39,209 bases of DNA from a virus. Lineage: Duplodnaviria > Caudoviricetes. The notes under the pieces were generated by a model. It had not been told where the DNA came from, did not search any database, and saw only the letters and a program-made list of their open reading frames with translations. This document shows positions 17,021 through 26,810 of the stretch, one piece after another (positions within the stretch are counted from its first letter, which is position 1; each line of letters begins with the position of its first letter). The stretch lies in the IMG/VR virus record IMGVR_UViG_3300037722_000325, positions 1-39,209 of that record; one strand, 5' to 3'. The translations under genes and the position numbers were made by a program.

Positions 17021-20000
17021 CAACGACGCTTCCGCCGAATTCCTCATCCATCGCGAGGACATGGCCGCAACAGGGGGCGCGGACGAGATGCTGCGCTGGC
17101 TGGACCGTAGACCGGGCACGCCGGCAGTATCACGTCCCTACAAGCCCGTCCCGGAACCGGAAGGCCGCCACATCGACCCGTTTCCGGCGAAGGAATTGCC
17201 TGCCGATCCGTCTGTACTCGGGACCATTGCCCGCGGCGCTGGGGAAATCCCCAAGCAAGCCTTCGGCGGCATCGAGTCGGCGGTCTACAACGCTACGAGC
17301 TTCATGAACCCGCTCACCGACTGGCTCAACAACAATGTTGCGGACCTGCGCTACGACCCGGTGGGCAAGCCCAAGACGGCGGCCGGATCGGTTACGCGCT
17401 CGGTCTCTGAGTTTCTGACCGGATTCATCCCGGCGCTGAAGGGCATGCGCGCGGCGGGCATGGTGGGCAAGGTGGTGGCCCCTCTCACCGCATCGGTTAT
17501 CTCTGATTTTGTGGTGCGCGATCCGCACGAGGCGCGGCTCTCGAATCTGTGGAACGAGTTGGGCCTACCCAAGAACGTGCTCACCGACTACCTGGCCGCC
17601 GATCCGAAGGACTCCGCCATAGAGGGGCGGTTCAAGAGCGCGGTCGAGTCTGCGGGGCTCGGCGCGGCGGCAGAGGGTGTGTTCCTCGGCGCCCGCGCCT
17701 TGAAGGCCGCGCGCGCGGTGCGCAACCTCGACGCAAGCGAAACCGAGTTCCTCAAAGGCCGCTACGGCGAGTTGGACGACAAGACCATGGCCTCTGTCTT
17801 GGGTGATCCATCGAAGCCGATGATTTCTACTGCGAAGACAGTTGGAGATGGTCCGGATTTTGTTGTTGCAGCGCGCGATCGAGATACGGGAGAAGTTCTC
17901 TACGGAAAATCAGGGCAGTTGCATTTTCGCCTCGCTCTTGAGGTTGGCGGAGGGAAAAGGCTGGAAATGGGATTCGCCAAACCTGGCGGGCCGTTTCTTA
18001 CTCGTGAAGAGGCCGCCTCCGCAGTGTCTGGGAGGGGCGCCATTGCCGGGGAATTGGACGCGGCGTCCTACGCGAGGGCTTCGACATCGCCTGACGATCT
18101 GCTCGCACGCGGGCTGATCGACGCCGGTGAGTCTCAGGTCTACGTGAACTTCGCCCGCATCGACGGCCCAGACGAAGTGAAAGCCATGATCGGCTCGATG
18201 GCGAACCGCTTCAAGGGCTCGATTGACGAAGCAACCCGCGGCACCGTCTCGCAGGCTGAAACCGCGCGCCTGGCCGACGACCTGGGCATGACCGTGCCCG
18301 ACATACTCGCTAGGCGGCAGGGGCAGGCATTCAACGCCGAGGAAGCCCTCGCTGCGCGCCGGTTGCTCACCGCCTCCGGGGATACCCTCCTGAGTGCAGC
18401 CAAGGCCGCTGCAGCACCGAACGCCGGCCCGCTGGATCACTTTGCCTTCCGCCGCTCGCTCGCGGTCCACGCCGCCATACAGGCCGAAGTCATCGGCGCG
18501 CGCACCGAAACCGCGCGGGCCCTGGCCTCCTGGCGCATCCCGGCCGGTGGCGGGGTGGAGAAGGCCCGGGCGATCGAGCAAGCGATGGCAGCCATGGGCG
18601 GCCCGGAAGCATCGACCGAAATGGCCCGCCGGCTGGCCATGCTCGCTGAAAACGGCGCTTCACCTGCGGCGCTCGCAAAGTTCGCCGAGAAGGGCTGGGG
18701 AGCCAAGACATTCGACGCGGTGCGTGAAGTGTGGGTGAACGGGCTGCTCTCGTCACCAGCCACGCACATCGTCAACAGCACATCAAACCTGTTTGTCGCC
18801 ATGCAGCAGGTCTACGAGCGCGGCGCGGCCGCTCAGATTTCGACACTCACCGGCAGCGGGGGCGTGGCGCCAGGGGAAGCGCTCGCCATGGCGCACGGCA
18901 TGGTATCCAGCGTCAAGGACGCCTTCCGCATGGGCTGGGCGGCGTTGAAAACCGGCGAGACAGGCGCGTCTCTGAACAAGATCGACCTCCCGATCGCGCG
19001 CGCGGTGTCGGCGGACGCGCTGCAGATTTCATCAGAAACCGGGCTCGGGCGCGCGGTGGATTTCATCGGGAACATCGTGACCCTGCCGGGCCGCGCCCTC
19101 GGTGCCGAAGACGAGTTTTTCAAGACGATCGGCTACCGGATGGAACTCCACGCGCAGGCCGCGCGCAAGGTGGCGCAGGAGGGGCTCACCGGGGACGCGG
19201 CGGGCAAGCACTATGCCCAGATCCTGCTCGACCCTCCAGAAAACATCAGGATCGCCGCAGCCGACGCCGCGCTCTACAGCACCTTCACCAACCAGCCCGG
19301 AGCCGTGGGGCAGGCGTTCCTGAACCTCCGGGAGCGTGTTCCGGTCATTTCCTTCGTGCTGCCCTTCATCCGCACGCCGGTCAATATCGCGCGCTACGCC
19401 TTCGAGCGCACGCCTCTCGCGCCGCTCGTGGGCCAGTGGCGCGACGATATCGCGGCCGGAGGTGCCCGGGCTGATCTCGCCCTTGCCCGCATGTCCACCG
19501 GCACCGGAATCATGATGATGGCGCTCGACTGGGCGGACTCGGGGGTGATTTCGGGGCAAGGGCCGGGGCCGAAGGATAAGGGCGAGCGCGAGGCGATGAT
19601 GCGCCAGGGCTGGCAGCCTTATTCCGTCAAGGCAGGTGACCGCTGGTATTCCTACAACCGATCCGATCCCTTCGGCATGACGATGGGGCTGGCCGCTGAC
19701 GTAGCCGAAGCGATCCATAAGGGCGAAATGTCGAACGACGACGTCGACGAGTGGCAGGAAGTGCTCGCCATGTCGATTGCTGCCGTTTCGCAGGTGGCGG
19801 TCAACAAAACTTACCTCCGGGGCGTGTCCGAATTCACGAGCATGATGGCGGACCCGACCCGCTATTCGGGGCAGTACGTGACGAATCTTATCGCGTCCTT
19901 CACGCCCGCAGCAGCGCTTTCCGGTGCCGTGGAACGCGCGGTTGACCCGACGTTTCGGGAATCGAACACGCCGGCAGACGCGATCCGCGCTCGCATCGCG

Positions 20001-20540
20001 TTTCTCTCGTCAACGCTTCCACCGCGGCGCAACCTATGGGGCGAGGAAGTCAAAGCGGAGTCCGGCATCGGAAAGGCGTACGACTTCCTTTCGCCCGTCG
20101 CTTCACGCGAGGTGAAGGGCTCACCGGTTGACACCGAGATCATGCGGCTCGCGGAAAGTCCAGGGCGCGGAGACGCATCGCCCCCTACGCGCATCGGGAA
20201 AAGAACGCACTTCGATGGCGTGAAGGTCAACCTCAAGGACTGGCCGAAGGTGTACGACGAATACACGCGCCTCGCCGGCAACGGCATCGAGCATCCCGCC
20301 TGGGGCATGGGCGCGAAGGATTATCTCAACGCTGTCGTTTCTGGAAAGCACCCGATGAGCGAAGTCTACAAGCTGCGCTCCGACGAGATGAAGCTCACTT
20401 TCATCGGCAACACGGTGAGCCAGTACCGCCAGCTTGCGCAGCGCGCGATTCTTTCAGATCCGCGTTTCAGTGAGTTCTCCGACTATGTAAAAACGCTTAA
20501 GGCCGATCAACTGCAACGGCGCATGCCGGTGCTGCCATAG
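17010..20540 (+). CDS. Large internal virion / ejection protein (gp16-like)
   Basis: TTG start after GGAG; NGLLSSPATH..N, DEFFK, LPFIRTPVNI and GWQPYS motifs. Confidence 0.8.
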   Translation: MADNNDASAEFLIHREDMAATGGADEMLRWLDRRPGTPAVSRPYKPVPEPEGRHIDPFPAKELPADPSVLGTIARGAGEIPKQAFGGIESAVYNATSFMNPLTDWLNNNVADLRYDPVGKPKTAAGSVTRSVSEFLTGFIPALKGMRAAGMVGKVVAPLTASVISDFVVRDPHEARLSNLWNELGLPKNVLTDYLAADPKDSAIEGRFKSAVESAGLGAAAEGVFLGARALKAARAVRNLDASETEFLKGRYGELDDKTMASVLGDPSKPMISTAKTVGDGPDFVVAARDRDTGEVLYGKSGQLHFRLALEVGGGKRLEMGFAKPGGPFLTREEAASAVSGRGAIAGELDAASYARASTSPDDLLARGLIDAGESQVYVNFARIDGPDEVKAMIGSMANRFKGSIDEATRGTVSQAETARLADDLGMTVPDILARRQGQAFNAEEALAARRLLTASGDTLLSAAKAAAAPNAGPLDHFAFRRSLAVHAAIQAEVIGARTETARALASWRIPAGGGVEKARAIEQAMAAMGGPEASTEMARRLAMLAENGASPAALAKFAEKGWGAKTFDAVREVWVNGLLSSPATHIVNSTSNLFVAMQQVYERGAAAQISTLTGSGGVAPGEALAMAHGMVSSVKDAFRMGWAALKTGETGASLNKIDLPIARAVSADALQISSETGLGRAVDFIGNIVTLPGRALGAEDEFFKTIGYRMELHAQAARKVAQEGLTGDAAGKHYAQILLDPPENIRIAAADAALYSTFTNQPGAVGQAFLNLRERVPVISFVLPFIRTPVNIARYAFERTPLAPLVGQWRDDIAAGGARADLALARMSTGTGIMMMALDWADSGVISGQGPGPKDKGEREAMMRQGWQPYSVKAGDRWYSYNRSDPFGMTMGLAADVAEAIHKGEMSNDDVDEWQEVLAMSIAAVSQVAVNKTYLRGVSEFTSMMADPTRYSGQYVTNLIASFTPAAALSGAVERAVDPTFRESNTPADAIRARIAFLSSTLPPRRNLWGEEVKAESGIGKAYDFLSPVASREVKGSPVDTEIMRLAESPGRGDASPPTRIGKRTHFDGVKVNLKDWPKVYDEYTRLAGNGIEHPAWGMGAKDYLNAVVSGKHPMSEVYKLRSDEMKLTFIGNTVSQYRQLAQRAILSDPRFSEFSDYVKTLKADQLQRRMPVLP

Positions 20541-20548
20541 GAGAAACC

Positions 20549-20884
20549 ATGCGCCCTGATCAAATCACGAATCTCAACTCGATTGAGGAGCAGCTCGTCG
20601 ATCTCTTCAAGCAGGAGTGCACGCCGGAAGAGTGGAAAAAGGCGGCTGATCAGAAGGCGGCGTACCTCGAGAAAAAAAACGCTTCGGCAACTATTAACAT
20701 CATCGCCCGCATCCAGAATGTGCTGCGCGATGTGAGGCGGGACGGCGTGGGTGAAGGATCGGGGAATTCGAAAGGCGAGCCGCGGGCACCGGTCGATCCC
20801 GCAGACGAACTGGAGCGGGAAGCCGCGGCGCTCGCAAGACAGGGGCGCGCGGTGTTGAAAAAGCATGGTGTCAAAGTCCATTAA
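20549..20884 (+). CDS. Probable terminase small subunit
   Basis: AGGAG RBS; helical 111 aa protein overlapping the TerL start. Confidence 0.5.
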   Translation: MRPDQITNLNSIEEQLVDLFKQECTPEEWKKAADQKAAYLEKKNASATINIIARIQNVLRDVRRDGVGEGSGNSKGEPRAPVDPADELEREAAALARQGRAVLKKHGVKVH

Positions 20885-22496
20885 CTTCGTAGCGTTCTTC
20901 CTGAAATGGGCCGAGTACAAACGATGGAAGGTTCCAGATTTTCACATCCTGATCTGCCACTGGCTCGAATCGTTCGACCGGATCGGCGTGCTGCTCGCGC
21001 TTCGCGGTGGGGCGAAGTCGAACATCCTGGGCTGCTGGGTCGCGTACCGCGCCTGGCGCGATCGGAACTATCACGCGCTCGTGCAAGGTGCCGACGACAA
21101 GCTCGCGCGCAAGGTGAGCCGGCACGCGAAAGACGTGATCAAGCGCCACCCATGGCTGCGGGCGGAGAACATGATTAACCCGGCAGACTGGGCGCTCGAG
21201 CGATTCTCCGTGGTGGGGAACGAGGATCCGCGCGATCCGACGTGCGCCGCTCACGGGATTCTTTCGAACGTGACGAGCTCACGTGCGAACGAGGTGATCA
21301 ACGACGACGTCGAGGTGCCGAAGAACATCAAGACTCCGGACGCACGTGAGAAACTGCGCGAGCGCTTGGACGAACAAACGCACATCCTGATCCCTGGTGG
21401 GCGCAAGCTCTACGTGGGCACGCCACACACGCACAACTCGCTGTATGAGGAGCTCGTCGCCCAAGGTGCTGCCGTGCTGCGGTTCCCGCTCTTTGCGAAC
21501 CACGTGCGCTATGAGGACAAGGCGACCAATTCGCAGCGGCGCTTCGCGTTCAACTTCGAGCCCGACGACGATGGCCTGTATGTGTTCCACGGCGAGAAGC
21601 TCCTCGAAGAGGGCGTCGACTACGAGGTGAAGCGCGCCGCGGTCGTGTTCGACCAGCCACCGCGCGGCACGATCGATATCTACGCCGGCAACGTGTGGTC
21701 CGATCGCTTCACCCGCATGGAGATCTCCGCGCGCCGCAAGGAGTGCCGCACGGTCAACACGTGGGACAGCCAGTACGGACTGCACGCCAAACCCGTCCAC
21801 CAGGTGCGCCTTGACCCGGATCGCCTGCAACCTTACGAGGCCGAGTGCAAGATCAACGTCGCGAATGGTGAAGTGCGGATGCTCCTCGGTAATCAGCGCA
21901 TCGTGGGCGGCGTGCTCTACTGGGATCCGGCGCTCGGCAAGAAAGGCACGCACGACTCGGTCGCATCCGTGGTGCTGACCGACGAGCGCGGCCGGCTTTA
22001 TTGGGAGGACTCGAAGGAGTTGCGGGGCGACGCGTACGACGAATTCGACCACGGTAACAGCCAATGCCACAAGGTGCGCGAGTTGGCCCTCACCTACCAG
22101 CTCGAAAACGTGCACCTGGAGACGAACGGGCCGGGTACCTTCCTGCCCCCGCTGCTTCGCCGTGCGCTCGCCGGTACCGGCATCGGCGTGATCGAAGTCA
22201 ATCGCAAGGTCGACAAGTCGCTCTACATTCTGGATGCGATCGAGCCCCCGCTCTCGGGACAATTCCTGTGGGCGAACGTGCGGCTATGGGAGACGAAGCT
22301 CCTTGACCAGATGCGCGACTGGATCCCGGGCGTGGAAAATCAGGAGGACGACTTCATCGATTCGGGTGCGGGCGCGATCAAGCAAACCCCGATTCGCATC
22401 GGCAAGGTGGTGGGCAACGTGAAAGAGATCAAGCGCGAGCGCTGGCGCGAAGCCTCCGGCGTGCATGAAGTGAAGGTGGATTTTTCAAGGGGGTAG
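20865..22496 (+). CDS. terL: Terminase large subunit
   Basis: LALRGGAKS (Walker A-like), VINDDVE (Walker B), YVGTPH, YWDPALG, LETNG and DDFIDS nuclease motifs. Confidence 0.9.
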   Translation: MVSKSINFVAFFLKWAEYKRWKVPDFHILICHWLESFDRIGVLLALRGGAKSNILGCWVAYRAWRDRNYHALVQGADDKLARKVSRHAKDVIKRHPWLRAENMINPADWALERFSVVGNEDPRDPTCAAHGILSNVTSSRANEVINDDVEVPKNIKTPDAREKLRERLDEQTHILIPGGRKLYVGTPHTHNSLYEELVAQGAAVLRFPLFANHVRYEDKATNSQRRFAFNFEPDDDGLYVFHGEKLLEEGVDYEVKRAAVVFDQPPRGTIDIYAGNVWSDRFTRMEISARRKECRTVNTWDSQYGLHAKPVHQVRLDPDRLQPYEAECKINVANGEVRMLLGNQRIVGGVLYWDPALGKKGTHDSVASVVLTDERGRLYWEDSKELRGDAYDEFDHGNSQCHKVRELALTYQLENVHLETNGPGTFLPPLLRRALAGTGIGVIEVNRKVDKSLYILDAIEPPLSGQFLWANVRLWETKLLDQMRDWIPGVENQEDDFIDSGAGAIKQTPIRIGKVVGNVKEIKRERWREASGVHEVKVDFSRG

Positions 22497-22499
22497 ACG

Positions 22500-23885
22500 A
22501 TGCCGCTCGGTGCATATAACGGACCCGATGAGTCAGTCGCGAACGGCGCGACGACGGTATTCCCGTACACGTTCAAGATTTTCGACGAGACGCATCTCAG
22601 CGTGTACCTCGACGATGTGCTGCAGCTCACCGGCTACACCGTGAGCGGCGTGGCTGACGAGAGCGGGGGCAACGTCACTTTTGCCGTCGCGCCCGCGAAT
22701 ACCGTGGTGGTGCGGCGCGAGAGCTCGGCGCCCTACGTGCGCACCGTCGACTATCAGCGAAACGGAGCGTTTGACGAGGAAACCGTCGACAACGACTTCG
22801 ATCTCGAAGAGCGCCAGATCCAGCAGCTCGCGGTCGATGTGGCCGATCTCTATACCCTCATTGCTGCTCTCCAGGCCGCGATCGAGGACCTGGCCGAGAT
22901 CGCGGGCGGGATAGGCACGACGCTCACGCTCAACAACCTCACGATCAACGAGTTGCTCAGCGTCGCGGGCGATATCACCGTTGACGGAACGGCGATCTTC
23001 AATGGTCCCGTCACGTTCAATGATGCGGTCACTCTCCCCGCAAACTCCGTCGCCTCCGGCAATATCGTCGACGGCACTATTCTCATCCAAGATCTCAGCT
23101 CAGAGGTTTTGAGTTTTTTCAGCAATGCTGATGGTGGAGCAGCCTACTCTACGATCGGGCTCGTCGCGACCAACACAGACGAGGTGCTAACAGCCAACGC
23201 TGAGACCGTCACTGTTGCTGATCCCAGCACCGGGTTCGTTACCATTCTTCAGGCTCCCGCCGAGCTGACGGTCAACGTCACAACCGCCGGGCCCGCAGCC
23301 GGCGGGCGAGACCAGGCGGGCGCATTCACTGCCGAGACGTGGGTGCATTTCTACTACATCTACAACTCGACCACCGAGGCGCTTGCCGCCATAGCTTCTG
23401 CCGTTTCGCCTCCGGTGGGGCCAACGCTTCCGGCCGGATTCGATCGCTGGGCCTATATCCACGCCGTCTATTTCGACGCACTCAGCGATCTGATGCCGAC
23501 GTATATATTCGGGCCGATGGCGTTTCACGAGTCGCAAATCGAGGTGCTGACCGATGGAACGGCTGCCATCGCAACCGCAGTGGACTTGTCCACCGGAATG
23601 CCACCGAACGCTCTGAGTTGTGGCATCAATTGTGAGTTAGGGCTGGATGGAGGTGGCGCATCGCCCAACGCGTGGCGGCTGGAGCTCGGTGTAATTGCCG
23701 ATGCGGAAACCATTGTTCTCAGCCAGCGAATTCCGGGTGCCGCATCCACCGGCACCGACGCTTGGGGCTCGGGGGTATTCCCCAACGTAGGCCAGCAGCT
23801 CTTCTACAAAGTGTTCCTCGCCGATGGCTCTACCGGGCAAGGGCACGCATGGATTTTTGTCCCCAGCTACACGGTCAGAAACTAG
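22500..23885 (+). CDS. Tail fibre 1 with a T7 gp17-like N-terminal adaptor domain
   Basis: NGATTVFPYTFKI..LSVY..YTV..GGNVTFAVAP..DFD..QIQQL. Confidence 0.85.
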   Translation: MPLGAYNGPDESVANGATTVFPYTFKIFDETHLSVYLDDVLQLTGYTVSGVADESGGNVTFAVAPANTVVVRRESSAPYVRTVDYQRNGAFDEETVDNDFDLEERQIQQLAVDVADLYTLIAALQAAIEDLAEIAGGIGTTLTLNNLTINELLSVAGDITVDGTAIFNGPVTFNDAVTLPANSVASGNIVDGTILIQDLSSEVLSFFSNADGGAAYSTIGLVATNTDEVLTANAETVTVADPSTGFVTILQAPAELTVNVTTAGPAAGGRDQAGAFTAETWVHFYYIYNSTTEALAAIASAVSPPVGPTLPAGFDRWAYIHAVYFDALSDLMPTYIFGPMAFHESQIEVLTDGTAAIATAVDLSTGMPPNALSCGINCELGLDGGGASPNAWRLELGVIADAETIVLSQRIPGAASTGTDAWGSGVFPNVGQQLFYKVFLADGSTGQGHAWIFVPSYTVRN

Positions 23886-23889
23886 CCAG

Positions 23890-25845
23890 ATGAAACGCCG
23901 CCAGCATCCGTCTCCCGACGAGGTGGTGCGCTTTCGCGACCTGAAGGGAATTTACGTACTCAACGCGGTGCTCTCCGCTGTCGGCGAATCGCTCGTTGAT
24001 TCCCCGACCATCGACTTCACGTTCGACGCGAGCATCCCGAGCATCACGGCGGACGTGAAAGACGACAGTCTCGCCGCCGGGAAACTCCATTTTTTGAACT
24101 CATCCCGGCTTCTCGGGCGCTCAACGGCAGGGGCGGGAGAGGGAGAAGAGATCACCGTTGGTGGGGACCTGACGCAATCCGGGAGCGACTTCACAATCGC
24201 GAACAACGCCGTCACCTTCGCCAAGTTCCAGGACATCACTGATGAGCGATTGCTCGGCCGTAGCGCAGGTAGTTCTGGCGACATACAGGAAATCACCGTT
24301 GGCGCGGGCCTGACGCTTGCCGCAGGCGCGTTGACCGCGGCCGGCGGCAGCGGCGATGTTGTCGGCCCCGCGTCATCCACGGACAACGCGATCACGCGCT
24401 ACGACGGAGCGACGGGAAAGCTCATTCAGGACAGCGCAGCTTTCGTTGATGACTCGGGTCGCGTGCTCACCGGGAGCGCTACGGCGCAAAGCGTGTCCGG
24501 GGTCAACGCGGCCATTCAAGTGCTCGGCACCACGGACGACACGACGGGATTCACGGTTGGAAGGTGGGGGGCGAATGCTTCTGCGCCCAACGTAATACTT
24601 TCCAAATCGCGCGGCGCCGCAATCGGGACAACGACCGTCGTGCAGAACAATGACGCTCTGGGCTCGTTCTCGTTTGTCGGCGCGAACAGCGGCGGATCGT
24701 TCAATTCCGCTGCTTTCTTCCGGGCGCAGGTGGACGGCGCACCAGGAGCAACTTCGGTGCCGGGGTTGATCAGCTTCGGGACGGCCCCCGTGGGCGGGGC
24801 GATCACTGACCGCATGGTCATAAAGAATACCGGCACGCTGCTCCTTGGCACGACCACGGAGACCGCGAGCGCGGGGCGCATGCAGCTTGGCTCGACTGCG
24901 GACACCACGGTTGCAGGGGGGATTCTCCTCGGAACCGACGTGCAGCTTCACCGCGCCGCGGCCAACCTGCTCGCCGTGCCGGACATGATCTCCGCGCGCA
25001 CGACAGCGGGCACCCCCTATGCTGATCTGACATCGGCCGCGAGTCTCGTCGCGGTGGCGAGCAACTTCGCGCTGCAACTCACGGACAGCGCGAGGACAGC
25101 CAACAATAAGAAGGCCGAGATGGCATGGGGTGGCGGCAACCTCGATTGCCGATTTACGAACGATGCGTACAGCGCGGTCGCGAACATTTTCCGGGCCACC
25201 GGTGGCCAGGCTACGGGGGTACCACTCCTGAGCGTTCCGGTCGCCGTCTCCTCCGTATTCGGCCATACCGCGAGCGTGACGGTGGGCAACGCCGGCAAGC
25301 TGCAGGTGGTTGGTACGACCGACGCAACCGCGCAGGCGCAGGTGTCGCGCCATTCGGCGGATGCGAGCGGACCGATCGTGGCGCTGGGGAAATCACGGCA
25401 CGCAACCGCCGGCAGCAACACCATCGTGCAGTCGGGTGATGCGCTGGGGTCGTACGACTTCCTGGGCGCGAACGGCTCGACCTACACGCTTGCCGGTCGC
25501 ATCCGGGGCGCCGTGAACGGCACCCCGGGTGCTGCTGCAGACATGCCGGGGCGCATCGAGATTCAGGCAACCCCGGATGGTTCCGGTACGCCGCTCGAGG
25601 TGGCGCGCTTCGAGTCGATCGCGTCCGCCGTCAACGGCCTGCAGGTCATCAACTCGGTCACTACGGTCGGCATCACGCTTGGTGCGATTGGCTCGGACAC
25701 GGACATCGACATCAAGCTCGTGCCGAAGGGGGCGGGCCTGGTGAGCTTCGGCACGCACAGCGCGCTCGGGGCCGAGACGGTGACGGGCTTTTTGACAATG
25801 AAAGATTCAGGCGGCACCACCCGAAAAATTGCAGTCGTCTCATAG
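23890..25845 (+). CDS. Tail fibre 2 / receptor-binding protein
   Basis: G/A/T/S-rich; GDVVGPASSTDNAITRYDGATGKLIQDS and duplicated KSR..VQ..D.LG..F.GA modules are typical of fibres. Confidence 0.8.
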   Translation: MKRRQHPSPDEVVRFRDLKGIYVLNAVLSAVGESLVDSPTIDFTFDASIPSITADVKDDSLAAGKLHFLNSSRLLGRSTAGAGEGEEITVGGDLTQSGSDFTIANNAVTFAKFQDITDERLLGRSAGSSGDIQEITVGAGLTLAAGALTAAGGSGDVVGPASSTDNAITRYDGATGKLIQDSAAFVDDSGRVLTGSATAQSVSGVNAAIQVLGTTDDTTGFTVGRWGANASAPNVILSKSRGAAIGTTTVVQNNDALGSFSFVGANSGGSFNSAAFFRAQVDGAPGATSVPGLISFGTAPVGGAITDRMVIKNTGTLLLGTTTETASAGRMQLGSTADTTVAGGILLGTDVQLHRAAANLLAVPDMISARTTAGTPYADLTSAASLVAVASNFALQLTDSARTANNKKAEMAWGGGNLDCRFTNDAYSAVANIFRATGGQATGVPLLSVPVAVSSVFGHTASVTVGNAGKLQVVGTTDATAQAQVSRHSADASGPIVALGKSRHATAGSNTIVQSGDALGSYDFLGANGSTYTLAGRIRGAVNGTPGAAADMPGRIEIQATPDGSGTPLEVARFESIASAVNGLQVINSVTTVGITLGAIGSDTDIDIKLVPKGAGLVSFGTHSALGAETVTGFLTMKDSGGTTRKIAVVS

Positions 25846-25856
25846 GAGAAAAACGT

Positions 25857-26123
25857 ATGGCACAGATCGATCTCAAGCAGTACCAGAAATCACGCGACGC
25901 GGGCCACGTGCGCCTTGCCCGGATGGATAAAGACCGCGTGGTGCTGAGTGTGGATACGTTCGACCCCTCCACCGGCGCAGCAGTTGACCCATCCACCGAG
26001 AATTTCTCCATCAGGGAATTGATCGCTCAACGCGATTCGGTGCAGGCGCACATGGATAACCTGAACGCTTTCATCGCGGACATGGAAGCACTGGTACCGG
26101 TTGCCCCGGTTGCCCCGAAGTAA
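25857..26123 (+). CDS. Hypothetical protein (possible fibre chaperone)
   Basis: AGGAG RBS; follows the tail fibre; C-terminal coiled coil. Confidence 0.6.
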   Translation: MAQIDLKQYQKSRDAGHVRLARMDKDRVVLSVDTFDPSTGAAVDPSTENFSIRELIAQRDSVQAHMDNLNAFIADMEALVPVAPVAPK

Positions 26124-26127
26124 TGCC

Positions 26128-26559
26128 GTGAAAGCATCACGCGCCGCGCGCCTTTTCATCCAGCGGTTCGTGCCGCTCAATACACACGCTCATCAAACCG
26201 CGGGTGGGTGGGAGATCGGGTACGGGCATCGAGGGACAGGACGAGAGCCCTATATTTCGCCCAGCGATCACATCACGGTGGGACGCGCGGGGGAGTTGCT
26301 CGACGAGGATCTGAAACTGTGCGCCAAAATCGTGGCTTCGGCGATAAAGGTTGATCTCGCGACACACGAGTTCGACGCGCTGGTGTGCGAGGTTTACTTC
26401 ATGCCGTATCGCGGCGAGTTTAAGGACTCAGAGATTGCTCACTTCGTCAACCGCCGCAACAAAGAGGCTGCTGCGGAAGCGATGAGCAGGGGCAAATTGC
26501 CGCGCGCGATCGCCCGGCGGCAGGCTGCGCTGAGCGACTTTTTCCTGGGTGAGAATTGA
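26128..26559 (+). CDS. GH24 lysozyme-like protein with degenerate catalytic residues
   Basis: IGYGH, IT...A..LL.EDL, EFDALV and RRQA are retained. RFVPL replaces FEG, and HQTAGGWEIG replaces Y.D..G.WTIG. Confidence 0.75.
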   Translation: MKASRAARLFIQRFVPLNTHAHQTAGGWEIGYGHRGTGREPYISPSDHITVGRAGELLDEDLKLCAKIVASAIKVDLATHEFDALVCEVYFMPYRGEFKDSEIAHFVNRRNKEAAAEAMSRGKLPRAIARRQAALSDFFLGEN

Positions 26560-26810
26560 TGGACTGGCGAGAAGGCGATCCCGAGCGGCGCGCGGCGCAC
26601 TACACCTCCTACCGAGAGTTTCAGGCCGAGGTCGAGCGGCGCAAGGAGTGGGAGGACAGCACCGAGGGGCTTCTTACTACCATCGTGACGCACATGGAAA
26701 AATTGAAAAAGTTCAGGTGGCAGGCTCTCGCGCTCCTGGGTTTCATCAGCGCCGTGGTACCCATCGGGCTCACCATCATCAGCTTTCTTATCAAAAACGG
26801 GGCACCATGA
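26559..26810 (+). CDS. Putative holin
   Basis: Single C-terminal TM helix (ALALLGFISAVVPIGLTIISFLI); coupled to the endolysin gene. Confidence 0.55.
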   Translation: MDWREGDPERRAAHYTSYREFQAEVERRKEWEDSTEGLLTTIVTHMEKLKKFRWQALALLGFISAVVPIGLTIISFLIKNGAP

